NCBI GenBank assembly: GCA_000934665.2
Contig: KZ538115.1
Span: 1 to 64,000 of the forward strand
Reading direction: 5' to 3'
Source of the DNA: Catajapyx aquilonaris
Taxonomy: Eukaryota
Length of the DNA stretch: 64,000 nucleotides
Shown here piece after piece: positions 36,811 to 49,960 of this stretch. Below the pieces are notes generated by a model. That model was not told the DNA's origin, made no database searches, and saw only the letters and a program-made list of their open reading frames with translations. The first letter of the stretch is position 1, and every line of letters starts with the position of its first letter. Made by a program: the position numbers and the translations under genes.

Positions 36811-39800
36811 TTAATATAAAATAAGGCAGTCAAATGTTCTTGTCGTGTTGCAGTTAAACACATTTTTTTATATTTTTTAAAAGTAGTTTTGCTATCGCTA
36901 CTTCTAACAGCCCGTATTACCTTCCGTTAGTGTTCAACTAAGGCAAGTCGCAATCTTAAGCAAACGCAAGCGTTGGATAGCGTGTCTCAATCACAACTCC
37001 TGTCTAGATATGTGTGCATAGTGAATCAATAGAAGCGGGCACCACTTGACTCGGATTCGATAATTCATTCCTACTGTATATACAACATGACTAATGTAGC
37101 TAGAGTCAACACATGAGGAGGGGGGCAGAAAAAAAAGGTTCAGATATACTTGAGGTCCTTTTAAACCTCACGCAAACATGGTCGAGGTCCGGCATATATC
37201 ACAGTGAGAACAAGCAAAGCCATTTCTTCATACACTCACTGCCTGCTGATAATCGTGACATTATCTTGTAACAAAGTCGTGCCCCTTAAGTCTAATCTTC
37301 GATTTACTTCTCCAGTCCGAGATAATGTGCCAGGGAATGGGGGTTTTTTTTTGGGGGGGGGGGGGNGGGGGGGGGGGGAGGGGTTGCGGTTTAGAGTCAG
37401 GAAGTATTACAGGACACGGATTAAAGTGCTTTCATGCATTTTAAGGTGAGAGGTGCTGAAAGGGTTATATGGTGGAAACCATGCGAGGTTTTTATGCTTT
37501 TTAAAGACTGGGGTGGTTTTGGCACTGTCAGCGTTGGGTAATTACTGCGGACCATGCCTTGTTTATTAATTATGTAATGGGCGAAGTAGGCGAAGTTAGC
37601 CTAAGCGGGATCAAAATTTTAGGAAGTTGCTTTTAATTCATGCGTTGCTCTGTGCCACGAAGAATCCAACCGTAAGTTCCTCTGGAGCCCCTCCAGAGTA
37701 CACAGTACTTCCGTGTACTTTATTGCCTTAGCACTGACAATGTCAGACGGCAGACACGCTGAATGTACACTCTAAATTCCAAATAGTTGATGTTAAATTT
37801 AACAATTTCGCGGCGTTAAATTGAAACCTACGTCGAAATGCTCTTGAAATGAGATAAGCATATAGGGAAAACCTCTAAATGTTTTTTAGGTTTACATTTT
37901 ACTATATTTTGTGGACATCACATTTTGGCTAATATTTGTGGAGTTTTCATGCTCCCGACTGAACCCAGCAGATGAAGCCTGATTCCTACACCCAGAACAA
38001 ACACATTTAGCTCGATATAGCGATCAACTAAAGTCACAGCTCCCTTCCACCCAATCCGTTATCCTTCTGCAGAAGAGGAGTCAAAGTTTAGCAATCCCCA
38101 TGACGCCTTGCGCTTCTTCCTCTCTTTTTCTCACTCAATCCTCTCTCTCTATCTTTTCCTTCTCTCTCTCTTCCTTCTTGAATCGTCCCGAAACACGACG
38201 AAAAACCCTCCTACTTCTCTTCCCCACCAAAACCCAACTTTTGTATCTGTTCACGAAAGCGAGAAGTCCGACTTCGTTTCCGTGCCACACACCGAGTCGA
38301 CCTAATTGATAAAGATCCAAGTTTGCTTGCTTGTTCCTTGACTTGCCTTCCTTACAAATGAAGAGAGGAGGTCTCAGCGTTGTCTAGAAAGTCGCAGGTT
38401 TTCTTCTTTCAAGACCCTGAGAAAAAGACGAAGCGCGCGGGGAAGAGACAGCAAGAGAAGAAAAAGAAGAAAAAAAAAGTCTCTACCTCGTGGAGGAGGG
38501 AGAATGAGGACAATTTAATTCGGAGGATGACACCTTCTACCCCTCCCTTTTCCTGTGCCCCTCCAACTTTTACCCTCCTACCTTGGAAGGCTGGGGAAGA
38601 GAAACAATCGAGTCTCTATTGGATTTAGTTCACGTACAAGCTACATGCGTTGGGAGAAAACACCCCTGGGGAGGTGATTTTCAAAGCCTGCGGATATCGT
38701 TCCTCTCTATCTATTTTACCCCCTTCCCCTCTCTCTCTATAATATGGTATATCCCCCCTCTGTTCCACCTGTGGAAAGCTCGAATCCATTAACTGTTGTT
38801 TTGCTCATAATTGGGTTTCATGCGGCAAGCCCCTGCCTTTAATTATTCACTCATCTTCATCCCCACCCACCTCACTCAAATGTATTGATTAGGTTCTGAT
38901 AATGTGGAGGGGGGGGGGGATGTCAGTTTTACGCAGCAGTCACTCTTTTCAGCTCAAAAAAGTTAGCTTTAAAATCGAGAACGTCATATCCTTTATTGCA
39001 GGGACACTAAAATATTACTTTAGCTACTATTCGGTGTCTATAGAAAATATTTGGTTAATATAAGTTAATACAAGTCATTATTTTATTAACAGCTAAATAC
39101 ATTCACTGCTGCTTCTTTCCTTATTGGCTCATCTGTGTGCATCGACAGCTTGATTGACACAGCTCAAATTATAACTGCCACTTGAAGGCCATTTTACAAC
39201 TGAGGTAATAATGCGATGACTGCCAAATTTAAGGAAATTGTAATGTACACTGCAATGCGAATATACCAGCCATTTCAGGCCAAAAAGAGCAATAAAATTA
39301 TCATTACGATTCGTAGAAATTGACTTGCTGCGAATTATTACACTTGGCAAGTTTTAAAGAAATGAATGCGGCTCGCCAATAATTGCTTCCGGTCGCAGTT
39401 TCTATAGCGAGACCGAGCCTGAAACCAAATTGAATGTAACTACCGGTTAATTGTCCGGTTTGTTAGCTCTGCGTGCGACACAGTACACACAAGGTAGCAG
39501 GTGATGACGTTTCGTCACAATGCAAATAAAACGAGCGGTAATCAAATCAACCTCGGTAATTGTGTTGGTGAAAAAGGGGGGGGGGGGGTGTGGGGGTTGG
39601 GGGTTTCCACCTCAACTTTGCATTTTGGCACACAAATGCACGCAATTCCTGCGCAAATGCAGTATAATAAGAGGGGAATTGTTTCCCGGAGCTGGAGGAG
39701 GATTTAGAGGGCTGCAGAAGTGGAGGCTGTAGGTCTTAGTTTTGCGGAGGGAAAAGTATTGTCATAAGCAGGCAACTGTGAGCAGGCCCCGGTGCCGCCA

Positions 39801-40817
39801 CTTTCTTTCTCGGCTCATCAAATATTCATAGGCAAACTGAATGGATTTGCCACGCTGTCTATTAAATCTTAGAACCGCATTCAGGCACAAGTGTGGTTTA
39901 AATTACTCCTAAATAGTGTAGAGGTTAGGAATTACTGGAGGAAAGGAGGTGTGGAGGGTGTGGGTTTTAGGTGCCTTTTGCAACATGCATAGGCTGCAAG
40001 TAGACGCCCCAAAAGAGAATGAAGGAACGAACCATCATCCCCGAGAATATTTGCTTCTGCACAAGCAGCATAAGATAAGCGTTTCATCAGAGCGTGATGC
40101 AATTAATTTGAAAACTTAACCTGCAGAGGTTACTTAGGAACAGGGCAAATAAAGTTCCTGAGGTTCAATCCGAAAAGTTTGGGGTGGCTGTATCTAGGTG
40201 TATATCCTATACCCTGTATATGTAGACTATAGACCTAAGGTTCGTTCGAAGATCAAGTATGAGGAAAAGTGGGGCCCATCAAAGCGACTCGATCATTTCC
40301 TCGCAGGAAATGAGTATGAAAGGGGGCTATAGTGAGCCAACTGCACTGCACATAAGGGCATGAAATACTAGCAATTTGCTTCCACCCCCCCTCTTCCACC
40401 TTCCCGCCCCCTTACGCTTCATGAAGCGCGGAGGATCGTTCCTCCTTCTCTTCATCTACGAGGGATAAGGAAACGTCTCATGTTACAAGAGAATCATGGG
40501 AGCTGGCTGCGTATATTTCCTGAGCCAGGGCATCAATACACATTCTGAATGAGACGCAGTTTGGGATTCATATTCGGCGATGGAGATGTTGAATGAGGGA
40601 CAGGACGTGGCCTTCTACTATACTTTCAAGTGGAAGGGCGGGCCGGGCAGTGGTGCCACATTTTGACAACGTATTCACTATTCTATAGTGTATGAGATTT
40701 GTCATTGCCACATTGCTAATAAAGGAAGATAATTGCGCTCTAATACTTAAAGGGTTTGGCTATCAGTCAAACCAGGTCGTACCACTCATGACATCCAATT
40801 AATTAGAAGATACTTAC

Positions 40818-41081
40818 CGATGAGAACTGCATGACTTTGAGGACCCAAAGGGTGAGGGCCAGATTGACGATGACCATGACGAGCAGGACCAGAAGGAGGC
40901 AGTAGAGACACCGCTTCCTCCAACCGTAAATTCCTATTCGGAAGGCAGAGGCCGTGGTCTGACCGTTGGTGTCGGCCACTCCAGAGGTCGCGGTCGGGTC
41001 AGCTGCCCCTCCTGCACCGTCCCCTCCACCGCCCCCGCCCCCTGGCCAACCGCCGCCTCCCATGGCCATCCCTCGTTCCAT
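40818..41081 (-). CDS. Scgdelta: Sarcoglycan delta/gamma/zeta-type, coding exon 1 (cytoplasmic N-terminus plus type II transmembrane helix)
   Basis: Translates [14 protein letters not shown]...[43 protein letters not shown]. The [11 protein letters not shown]...VNLA.T.W.LKVM motif is diagnostic of gamma/delta/zeta sarcoglycans. Acceptor tttatttatttttcag|TTATG (exon starts 41083), donor TCG|gtaagt at 40817, phase 0. The start codon is uncertain: three in-frame ATGs, and an upstream exon must exist. Confidence 0.95.
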
Positions 41082-42652
41082 AACTGAAAAATAAATAAAA
41101 AGAGCCCACAATTAAAATGCATGGACGCACACTTGCATCATCAATTACTATTAGACGCTCGAATTTGCCAAACGACTTTTCCACACAGGTATACAGAGAA
41201 AGACCAAAACCTCTGCTGCGCAATTATTTCATGTGTTGATGCGAGCCTCTGATCATTAGCATGGGCACCGGACCCTGGTTTGATTGTTTGCATGCCATAT
41301 CCGGAGCCCATCACAATCATAGCTCATCAAGAAATGGCCAAACAGGCATATCCATTTTCATCATGACGCGCCATTAGTTTCAATTGCGTGCACAGGTACC
41401 AAGCAAGAGTTTCAACTCCACTAAAAATATACATGCGCATGAATTATTGCTGGCAACATCGGCGGGTACGGCCAGTACAGACTTATCCAAACAAAATATG
41501 ACCATCCAACAACAGAGTACCTGAAAACATAGTCTGCAAGCTTCGCATTTAAAATGCGATATTTTGCAATCATATCATAATATTGTACTGTTTTTCATGG
41601 CATGTTATTAGATGTATGCTGTACAGTACCTCCCCCTAAAACCCCGACGGGTCCTAAGGGGTAAACAAACAAACAATAAAACAAATAGAAATAAAATAAT
41701 GTACTCATTTTACAAATGGAATCCTCTATTAGAGCAAATCAAAATGTTTTAATGCAAGCAATTGATTCAGTATAGTTAATGAAGACCAACACCTACACTG
41801 TACATGAAAGCGACACTATTTCGCATTACATGTAGCCCATTTCATTAATTAATAATTAATTAGTTTCTGTACAAATCGTGACGAGTTTTAAACTATTAAT
41901 TTGGTGTTTATCGGGTAGGTTTTATGTAGCATGAGGAGTGGGTAACTTCGAGTAACATTTAAGCTCAGGTATTTTATTGCACCATGAATAACGAAATTTT
42001 AAAGTTTTGTGCCAAATTCCAACATTTAAAAAAATGTCATTTGCCACTGGTTAAAACACACCCTGTGTTTCAGCCGAGTCAACACCTGCTGTCACGTACT
42101 CCGAAATGTAATACTGGTCAAAATGACCCATCAATTTCATGGTTCTCCCTTTCTGTGGCCTGCTGCTGCCCTTTTCACACTGCTATGTAAAAGGGGGGTC
42201 GTTTTATTTGCGTTACAAAACCTTCCGCAGTTGACATTCGCACATGGACAGGCTCAGCACCTACTAATTCACGCTATCATTTTCGCCAACTGAAAGCAGA
42301 CATCACATCAAGGACAAACTGCCACAATTGTCCCCCGCCTGCCGACAAAAAAGGTGGTATGAATGACCCTTCCTAACAGGTGGGCATGCAAAGAATAGAT
42401 TGTACAAAAAAAAATTAGCCCGCCATTCAAATTTTTGCGAATATGAACAAAAAACCCCAGCTTGGTTTCGGTTGGTCGCCTGCAGGAGCGTGTCTATTAA
42501 AATGACCCGCAGTGATGTGGTCAACGACATTTTCCACCCAGTTTGCTCCACGATTGCTAATTAATAAATGTAATCAGATGAACCGAATGTAATTGTTCCA
42601 CCAACTGTCGAGGGGGGAGGCCAGAGTTTTTTGAAACTCCCCCCCCCCCCCC

Positions 42653-42857
42653 NNNNNNNNNNNNNNNNNNNNNNNNNNNNNNNNNNNNNNNNNNNNNNNN
42701 NNNNNNNNNNNNNNNNNNNNNNNNNNNNNNNNNNNNNNNNNNNNNNNNNNNNNNNNNNNNNNNNNNNNNNNNNNNNNNNNNNNNNNNNNNNNNNNNNNNN
42801 NNNNNNNNNNNNNNNNNNNNNNNNNNNNNNNNNNNNNNNNNNNNNNNNNNNNNNNNN
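42653..42857. other. Assembly gap (205 N) between a poly-C and a poly-G run
   Basis: N run seen directly. Smaller Ns at 30000, 37366, 47706 and 58758-58765 also lie in G/C homopolymers. Confidence 0.99.
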
Positions 42858-44961
42858 GGGGGGGGGGGGCAACGAGGGTTGCAACGGACAGTGGGTTTTA
42901 ATAACTCACGAGTTCATTTGGAGCCCGTCGCGTAATTTTGTGCTAGGCTGTGGTTATGTTTCCCCAAGTGGAAGAACCCGTTTTCATATTCCGAATGCAC
43001 CAGCTGGGAGGAGGGGGGGGGGCGAAATTTTCGTACTTATTGTTTCGTTAAATCAGATTTGGAATTAGCACGCACACCGGGTAGTTTTTGGGGGGAGAGA
43101 GAGAGAGAAAAAAAATGTGGCCATTTTTTATTGTGGCAGAAAGTTTTGACGCGTCATTCTTGAGCGCAACCCCTTGTGAAAATTATGGAGCCCCAGATTT
43201 TATCACTCGGGAGAAACAAGCGGCACTTGCGGCACTTAATTGTCCCCCATTTTTCCCAGTTAGTAAAGAACCCTGGCGATAACAAGCTGCGGGTAAAGTT
43301 GTGCTTCGAGCCCCCTTTTGTGAGCTGCATACTGTATACATGAAATCGTGTCCATTTTTTTTTTGTTCATGCGCGGTTTTAAGCTCTGTGCTTGGCAAAG
43401 TCCGTAATTAATGAGCACCTTCTTTGCCAAGCTCGTTGTTTGGAATCAGCACGACTTTACTTTTCTCTACTTGCTTTTCCATGGATCACCAGAGTCTCGA
43501 TTAAAGTCCAAAGTCCCCATCCCTTTGCCGTGTAAACTGGAAGAGAGGGAAACAGAATAGGAGATGAGCTTCAGGGGGTCGAATGAAGTTTAGTTGGCGG
43601 TGTCAAACGGCACTGATTTAAAGTCGATGAGAGACGAGCGTCAACATGTGACGCTGTTGAACGTGTCAACAATCAGTGTCGGTTTTGGGAGCAAGTTTGT
43701 AGCTACAGTACCTCCTTTTTTCCGGAGGTCTGTATTATTAAATTGTGCAATAATTACATGCCCCTCTGAATGTTTGGGAAAGTCGAGAGAATGCCCTAAT
43801 GCTGTATAAAAGTTGGAAATAAATTCAATAGAAATTGTAGTAAGCATGCAAATTGTGTAAATCGGTCGGTAAATTAATTTTTCAAACAAAAAAAAACTAC
43901 TGACGGTGCAAATCCAATATTGGCTAAATCGCTCAGGATGTGTCTGTAAATTAATAATGTTTTCATAAGCAAACGATGTGACCTGGATATGTCAGTGCAG
44001 TAGTTAAGACATGAATGGCTTCAGTAATAAATAATTCAAGGATTCTGATTGAGTCTGTGGAGAAGAGGAAAAAAATGATTTTCAGCTGCCGTATGTGCCG
44101 AATTTTTTTATTCCCAATTTGCAAAAATCGTAGCTGTAACTTACTGAAACCATCTGTGTCGAATGGGGGGCGTACGTTTTCCGGCCTTCTGCTGCGTGTA
44201 GTTTGACTCATTACAATTCGGGGTTCTGGGTCCCCCCCCCCATAATACTGTAGCTCCAGAAGGCGCGTCTCGGGGCAGAAAATACAATTTTCGACCCTCA
44301 CCTTCCAGCTTAGGGTCACATTGAACCAATTTAACAAGACCTAAAGGTATTAAAAAGCATTACCATTTTCAGCGTTCCTGCAAGCGTGATTGTCGGATTA
44401 GCAGGCATGATGGTTTTGTTAAACTCATTTCCCTCCCCAACGCCATAAAGCAGCATCATAAATGCGAGCTATTCTCTCCCCCCCCCCCCTCCCCTTTTCC
44501 AAGCTATTCAGCTGAATGAACTTTTGCGATTTTTTTTTTCTACTCTCGCTAAAACTTTTCGAGAGGAATGTTCTCGCTATACTCGGCAGACTAGGTGGTG
44601 TCCCCCCCGCCAAAAAGTTTTGTGACCTCTGAAATAATTGAGGCGTGATGTTCTCCAGGAGACGATAATTTTCTGCAGAATTTCTAGGGGAAGGGCTCCC
44701 GGAATTTAATTGACACATTAATCAGCGCCAGGAAGGAATAATTGAATGCGGGGAGAATGTTGACGCGTTAATTGCAAAGCGAGCGGGGGATTCAAGCCTG
44801 AGCTAATCCATCGATGTATATGTAATTGCTTCCCATTCACCAATTGCCTGTACTTGCCGCCAAGGTCTAATAATGGACGAGTCTTGAACTTTCAGGTGTG
44901 GTTTTTAGCACTAGTTGTTCATTGTCATAGCCGAATATTTCAATTTTAGGGTCAGAAATTG

Positions 44962-45135
44962 GCTTATTCTCTCTGTCGGATGTTTGTCCGACCTGATAGT
45001 CTCTCGCATGACCTGAAGGTGGCAGGAGTGTGCAGAGGGAGTGTGCGCCATCTATGCGTGAAGAACAGTACTAGGTGGCAAATCGGCGGGCTATGTCATT
45101 AAAGTTGTTTGCACTGTCATACTAATTACAGGTTT
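44962..45135 (+). mobile_element. Helitron-like family B, copy 3 (3'-truncated)
   Basis: Collinear with copies at 18578 and 19911 up to tactaattacaggtttt. Confidence 0.7.
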
Positions 45136-48100
45136 TTCTAATCAATAGGCTGTACATTATATATTGTCGTACCGGTATGTTCGGATATATGCCATTTTGG
45201 CCGACTCTCCATCCTATAAAATTTGCGTCACATTGTTTACAAGTGTTATGTTACTAAACGTTGAGTCCAGCTACTTTGTTTACACTTCGAGTTTAGGCGT
45301 TAGGTTACACCCTCTCAAAATGAGTACTCTAATTTCGGGCCCAAAACCTAAGCATCAGAGTCGTGCAAAACAGTGCCTGGAATCCCACTCGACTCTCTAT
45401 AGTACCCTTATAGCCACCATCTCACTTGCTCCGAACACTGACGAAAAAAAAAAGTAGGATCAGTAAAGGGGGGGGGCAAACTCTCTTAAAAATGCAAAGT
45501 GCGTAATTCAAACCAAAACCGATTGAAATGAAGGTAGAAAACACCCCTCGGGGGCAGAATTACCTCCCTGAGGAGCCATCTTGGATAACAAGGGAGTTTT
45601 CCAAGCGCACTTTGCTGACCGCCATCGTTTGGAGGCCAAATTGGTGGTTTGAAAGCAAATGTCGTGGGGCATAAGGCACTGTAGTATGCAAATTCTTGGC
45701 CGGATAAAGGCCCCCATTTGTGGCACTTTCACTGCAATGCCGAACGGATTACAAGACAGAATGGTTGGGCAGTTGGTTTAAAAAAAAATCGCATTCAAGA
45801 TTAGAGGTTTGGCAGTGGAAAGGTTGTCCAGTTAAGTATTTTACTTACCGAAGACAAACAACGCTCAAAAAGAGTTGCATTTTTATCAGACTGGCCTACA
45901 GGGCTATTTACATGGGAGACGAATTTTTTTGAGGGGGGGTCGTCGTATCCGAGCCGAGAGAGAGAGAGATGCTGGGGGAAAAAAAGCAACTTGTTGCCAG
46001 CCTTCGGGGCCTGGCTTTGGATGAAAAACCGTTTTATAGGACCCGCTACCTCGCGACCTCAGCCTGCCAATATCGAATGTGGCTCCGAAATGAGCTAATC
46101 GTAGCCTAAGGAGAGACAAAAACAGGATTTACGAGATTTTCTTTGCCAGAGCAAATACAATTGGGGGTCCCGCAGGATTGCAAGCCGCAGAGTTCAACTA
46201 TAAATACGGGGGGGAGTGATTAACTTTTTTTTTGTAGTTTAGAGAAAAAAAGCTGGAGCGCATTATTTTCTGAACAAGAGGACACAGCATGGTGGACAAG
46301 CGTTTTAAAACATGCCTATGACTATCAACATCCTTGGGCAACTGTAAAGCTTGACACTACGTAACACAGTATGTTTGCACATCACCACAATAAGCCACAA
46401 TGTATATAGGCTTTAAAAAATAAGTTAGAACCACAACACTGTGCAGCACCTATATAAATAACGAAAAAATGGTCAGACTTGAGCAAAATGCATTTTTCAC
46501 AAGCCTCTCATTAGCTGTTTTTAAAATTGCAACACATATTGGGCTGTATGCGAACAATTAAGTACCGCATCATGATGTGATCAATATTAGGTGTAATGTT
46601 TGTTCAAGAATAATCCTACCTTATTTATTTAAAAAAAACTCTTCAATTATATATGAAGAAAACGTACCGACATTGAAAATATAAATGTTTTCAATGTCGA
46701 AGTACGCTCGTATAAGGAGAAAACTTGAGCAACTAATGCAACAAAATGCTTCCAAGCGCAATCTTTGTCCGCACGATGATTACGAAGATTCACACTTGGC
46801 CTTTTTTTTCAACATTGTCAGACTATTACTTTAGTCCCATCAGAGGGCAAACCCTGTGTTTAAGACGTGTGCAACAGGCGTCATTTCAAAATTCAATGGC
46901 CACTTGTAGGACAATCAAAAATGGGGCGTCCCGTGTCATGTCGGAACCATTCCGGAAGATTAGCACGTCTGGTTTTCCTACCTATAAGTCTCGGATGAAA
47001 ATAAAAGGCGAGTGCTGGGTGTGGGATGGGGGGGACTGGGTAATCCTCCAGTAAATCCAAAGCAGTAGTTTGAAAGAGCCTCCTGGCTGGAAGAAACGAC
47101 CACAAGCCATCTTTTGCAAAGTTCTCCTTGGGAAAGAAAGGGGGGGGGGAGAATAAAAAAAGGAAAAGAGGAGAAGAGGGGGGGAGCCTGAAAAATGGCC
47201 GCCCTTCCCCAGAAGACACTGAAAAAACCCTATTTGAAAAGTCAGAAACCCATTTACTTGGAATTGCAGAGTGACACATTTATGGTCCAATCCTCGGGAG
47301 GAATCGTCTGGCGAAGAGCCGGATGTTCCCCTAAACGGGCTATTATTCACCTAGAAAAGAAAACCCCCCCATTCCCCACCACCTCTCTCACATCCTCCAC
47401 CTCACTATCTTTACCCCCCACCTACTACATACCCCATTCGGACCATAGGGGCGACCACAGGGTTTATAGAACGTTAGAGACTCCCCCAGTTTATGGAAGG
47501 CCAACACTACTTTTCACAGCCCCATTTCTCTCCACATGTGGCGCGACCTGGTGTCACTCGAGCAGAACTTACTCTCGCAAATACTACCCACTTTAACTCA
47601 GTGTGGCGATGCAATCAGGACACACAGGTCTCTCTCTTTTCCATTTCCTCTAACCCCCAGGAAGTGTGGGGTTTTGCACACAGGGAGGGATTTCCACCCC
47701 CCCCCNCCCCCCCCCCCCCCCCACATGCTGGCGAAGACTTATTTTTCGACGGTCGTTTGTGTACTTGTGCTCATGGAATAATAAGTAGGGGGAGAAACTA
47801 TACTGTATAAGGGCGTCTGGACTGCTGTATAAGAGAAAATGTGCTAGGAGAGAAAAATGTCCTTTGCCATTTGCGGATTTTTTTTTTGTTGGGAGTACAA
47901 AATGCGGAAAAATGTTGTCACGGAGATCCCAAGAAATGGGTGGGAATTTGGAGCTGTCGAAACAGACATTATTGACTGAGTTCAAGGCTTTGTTCGTTTT
48001 TTGTTTGTTCCTAGAACAAGGTCGTCTGGAGGTCGTCTTGGGTGCGATTCCTTTTTTTTTTGCAGGAGGACTAGGGCTAGTTAGTTAAAAAAAATTGAAG

Positions 48101-49637
48101 TGAATTCAGCTTTTATAGAATTTCATGAAATGTAATGCAGTATTATTTTGTATGTCCATCGTTTATCCTGAGTATTCAGCGCTACCCATCAGCCTCTCTT
48201 GTATCACGGGAAGTCTACATCACAGGAGAAAGTTTTTTTTCTTCTCTCTAATCGCACCAGTTGACCAAATAAGCGGGGTAATTATTTGCAAATGCGAGAA
48301 AATCCGTGTTATATTATAATCTGATGCTATTTATCCTCTGAAATGCATGCATCTCATTATTACAATATTGTTACAATTATTACTGGTTGCTTGTTTACTT
48401 GGGTATTCCCAAAGTAGTCAACCAAATAAGTGTTCTGACCAACAGCATGAACAGGTCTAAATAATATTATTGTAATGTTACTTAGGACTACTTTTTAATT
48501 TTTAAAATGTTTAAATTTTATTTTTCTTACCCCTTGATAGCCTTTTCAGGTCTATACTTATAGTGCGTCACTTAAGAGTAATATCTGCCTCCATTAATAG
48601 TTAGCTTCATACTTAAACATTAATGAGTCTAACAAGGTTTTTGTATGCCAGCTTTCGGGCACACAGCATGTAAAGTATGCTCTAAAATTTTCGCAAAAAA
48701 ATGTTAAAAATTTCAAAATATTGTTTGGACGTGAATAATTTTAAAGCACTTTAAAGCCGCGGTGTTAGTTATTCAGATCATGTTCATAGCTTAAGCAATA
48801 TTAATTTTACTTCTCATTTTAAGAGGTGCTTGATGCTCTGTACTATTTATCCTTGTGTCAGGTTTATTAGTATTAATTGAACACAAATTGGCTTTAGGCT
48901 GCAACACTTTCCGATAACCAAGTATGTTTTTTTAAAAAAGGCACGCTTCAGCTTCCTTCACGCTTCGCAAAACACTGTCAGTTTTCTGTACACAGCAAGT
49001 AGTAATCGGGTGACAGTCCCCTAGGGTATGAGTGGCAAGGATTCCCCAAATAGCTGTTCCTGGGCCAGGGTTCCTGTCTCCGGTTGGCACCCCAATTTAG
49101 GACACTCCGCGGGGGATCCAAAAAATCCGGGGGCCTGTCTGCTGCTTCTGTCCCCCCTCTGCCTTTTTTCCTCCCCTGGTACCAAAGCGGCGGACAGGTT
49201 CGGGTGACTTTCGTGACGAGTGTACATGGACTGATTGCCACTCCACATTCCCACCGCCTCTCGTTCCCACCCAATTCAATTTGAGGAATGTCGACTATGC
49301 CAGCCCCCCCCCTCTCCCCCTGTCCCCCTGTACCGACACTCTCTGATCAACATTCGGTCCCCGAAATTTTTGTTTTAAAGCTCACGCACCATTACAGGTC
49401 AGATTACGATCATCACAAGCTGAAGGGAATTTTTTTGGGGAGAGGAAAAAAAAATTACATGACATTACCATCACGCACTGATTATTTGAAAGCCTTGTGC
49501 ATATACTGAGACTTATTACATCAAGCTGAACACAAACTGTCAGCTTTAAAACATCAAGGAATAAACAGCCAGCCTTAACGGGCACGCTAAAAATAAACTG
49601 ATATCATAAAAATAAAGTTAGAAATTTTAATTTAAAA

Positions 49638-49960
49638 CCAGAAAAACCCTCGCCTCGCTCGCTTTTTTCTAGGCTGCGGCCTACGGTGGTGGAGGCGATG
49701 TTGTTAATCGCTTTGGTCTTTGAACATCCCTGTTATCAGAACATATCCTGAAGTCCCAAGAATACTGACTGTTAACAATACATGAGGGGGAGGGAGCGAA
49801 GTTGACTATCCGGACGTTAGGGTTCGGATTAGTTCCCCCTTCCACCCCCCACTGCGCATGCGTAGAACACGGGCCAATAGGAAGTCTCGCGGTAACAATA
49901 TTGGCGGACCAATCGGAGGGCTTGCACAAACATTGCCCACTACGATTTTAATATTATAGA
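49638..49960 (-). mobile_element. Non-autonomous Helitron-like element, family A, apparently full length (323 bp)
   Basis: Minus strand begins a|TCTATAATATTAAAATC and ends ...gcgagcgaggcgagggttttTCTGG|t. This is a 5'-TC / 3'-CTRR arrangement between A and T with a GC-rich subterminal block. Confidence 0.7.

Noticed and set aside
38090..38520. Pyrimidine/purine-skewed, CpG-containing block as an internal promoter or alternative first exon
   Set aside because: It looks UTR-like, but I found no convincing TSS, donor or ORF. The nearest minus-strand ATG closes after 6 codons.
41395..41523. Possible upstream 5'UTR exon (ttttcag acceptor at 41523-41521)
   Set aside because: Acceptor-like only. 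The donor is weak and nothing else supports it without transcript data.
46663..46706. Small AT-rich hairpin (12-bp stem) as pre-miRNA or terminator
   Set aside because: Too short for a pre-miRNA, with no match to conserved miRNAs I recall. I recognised no tRNA, rRNA or known miRNA anywhere in the window.
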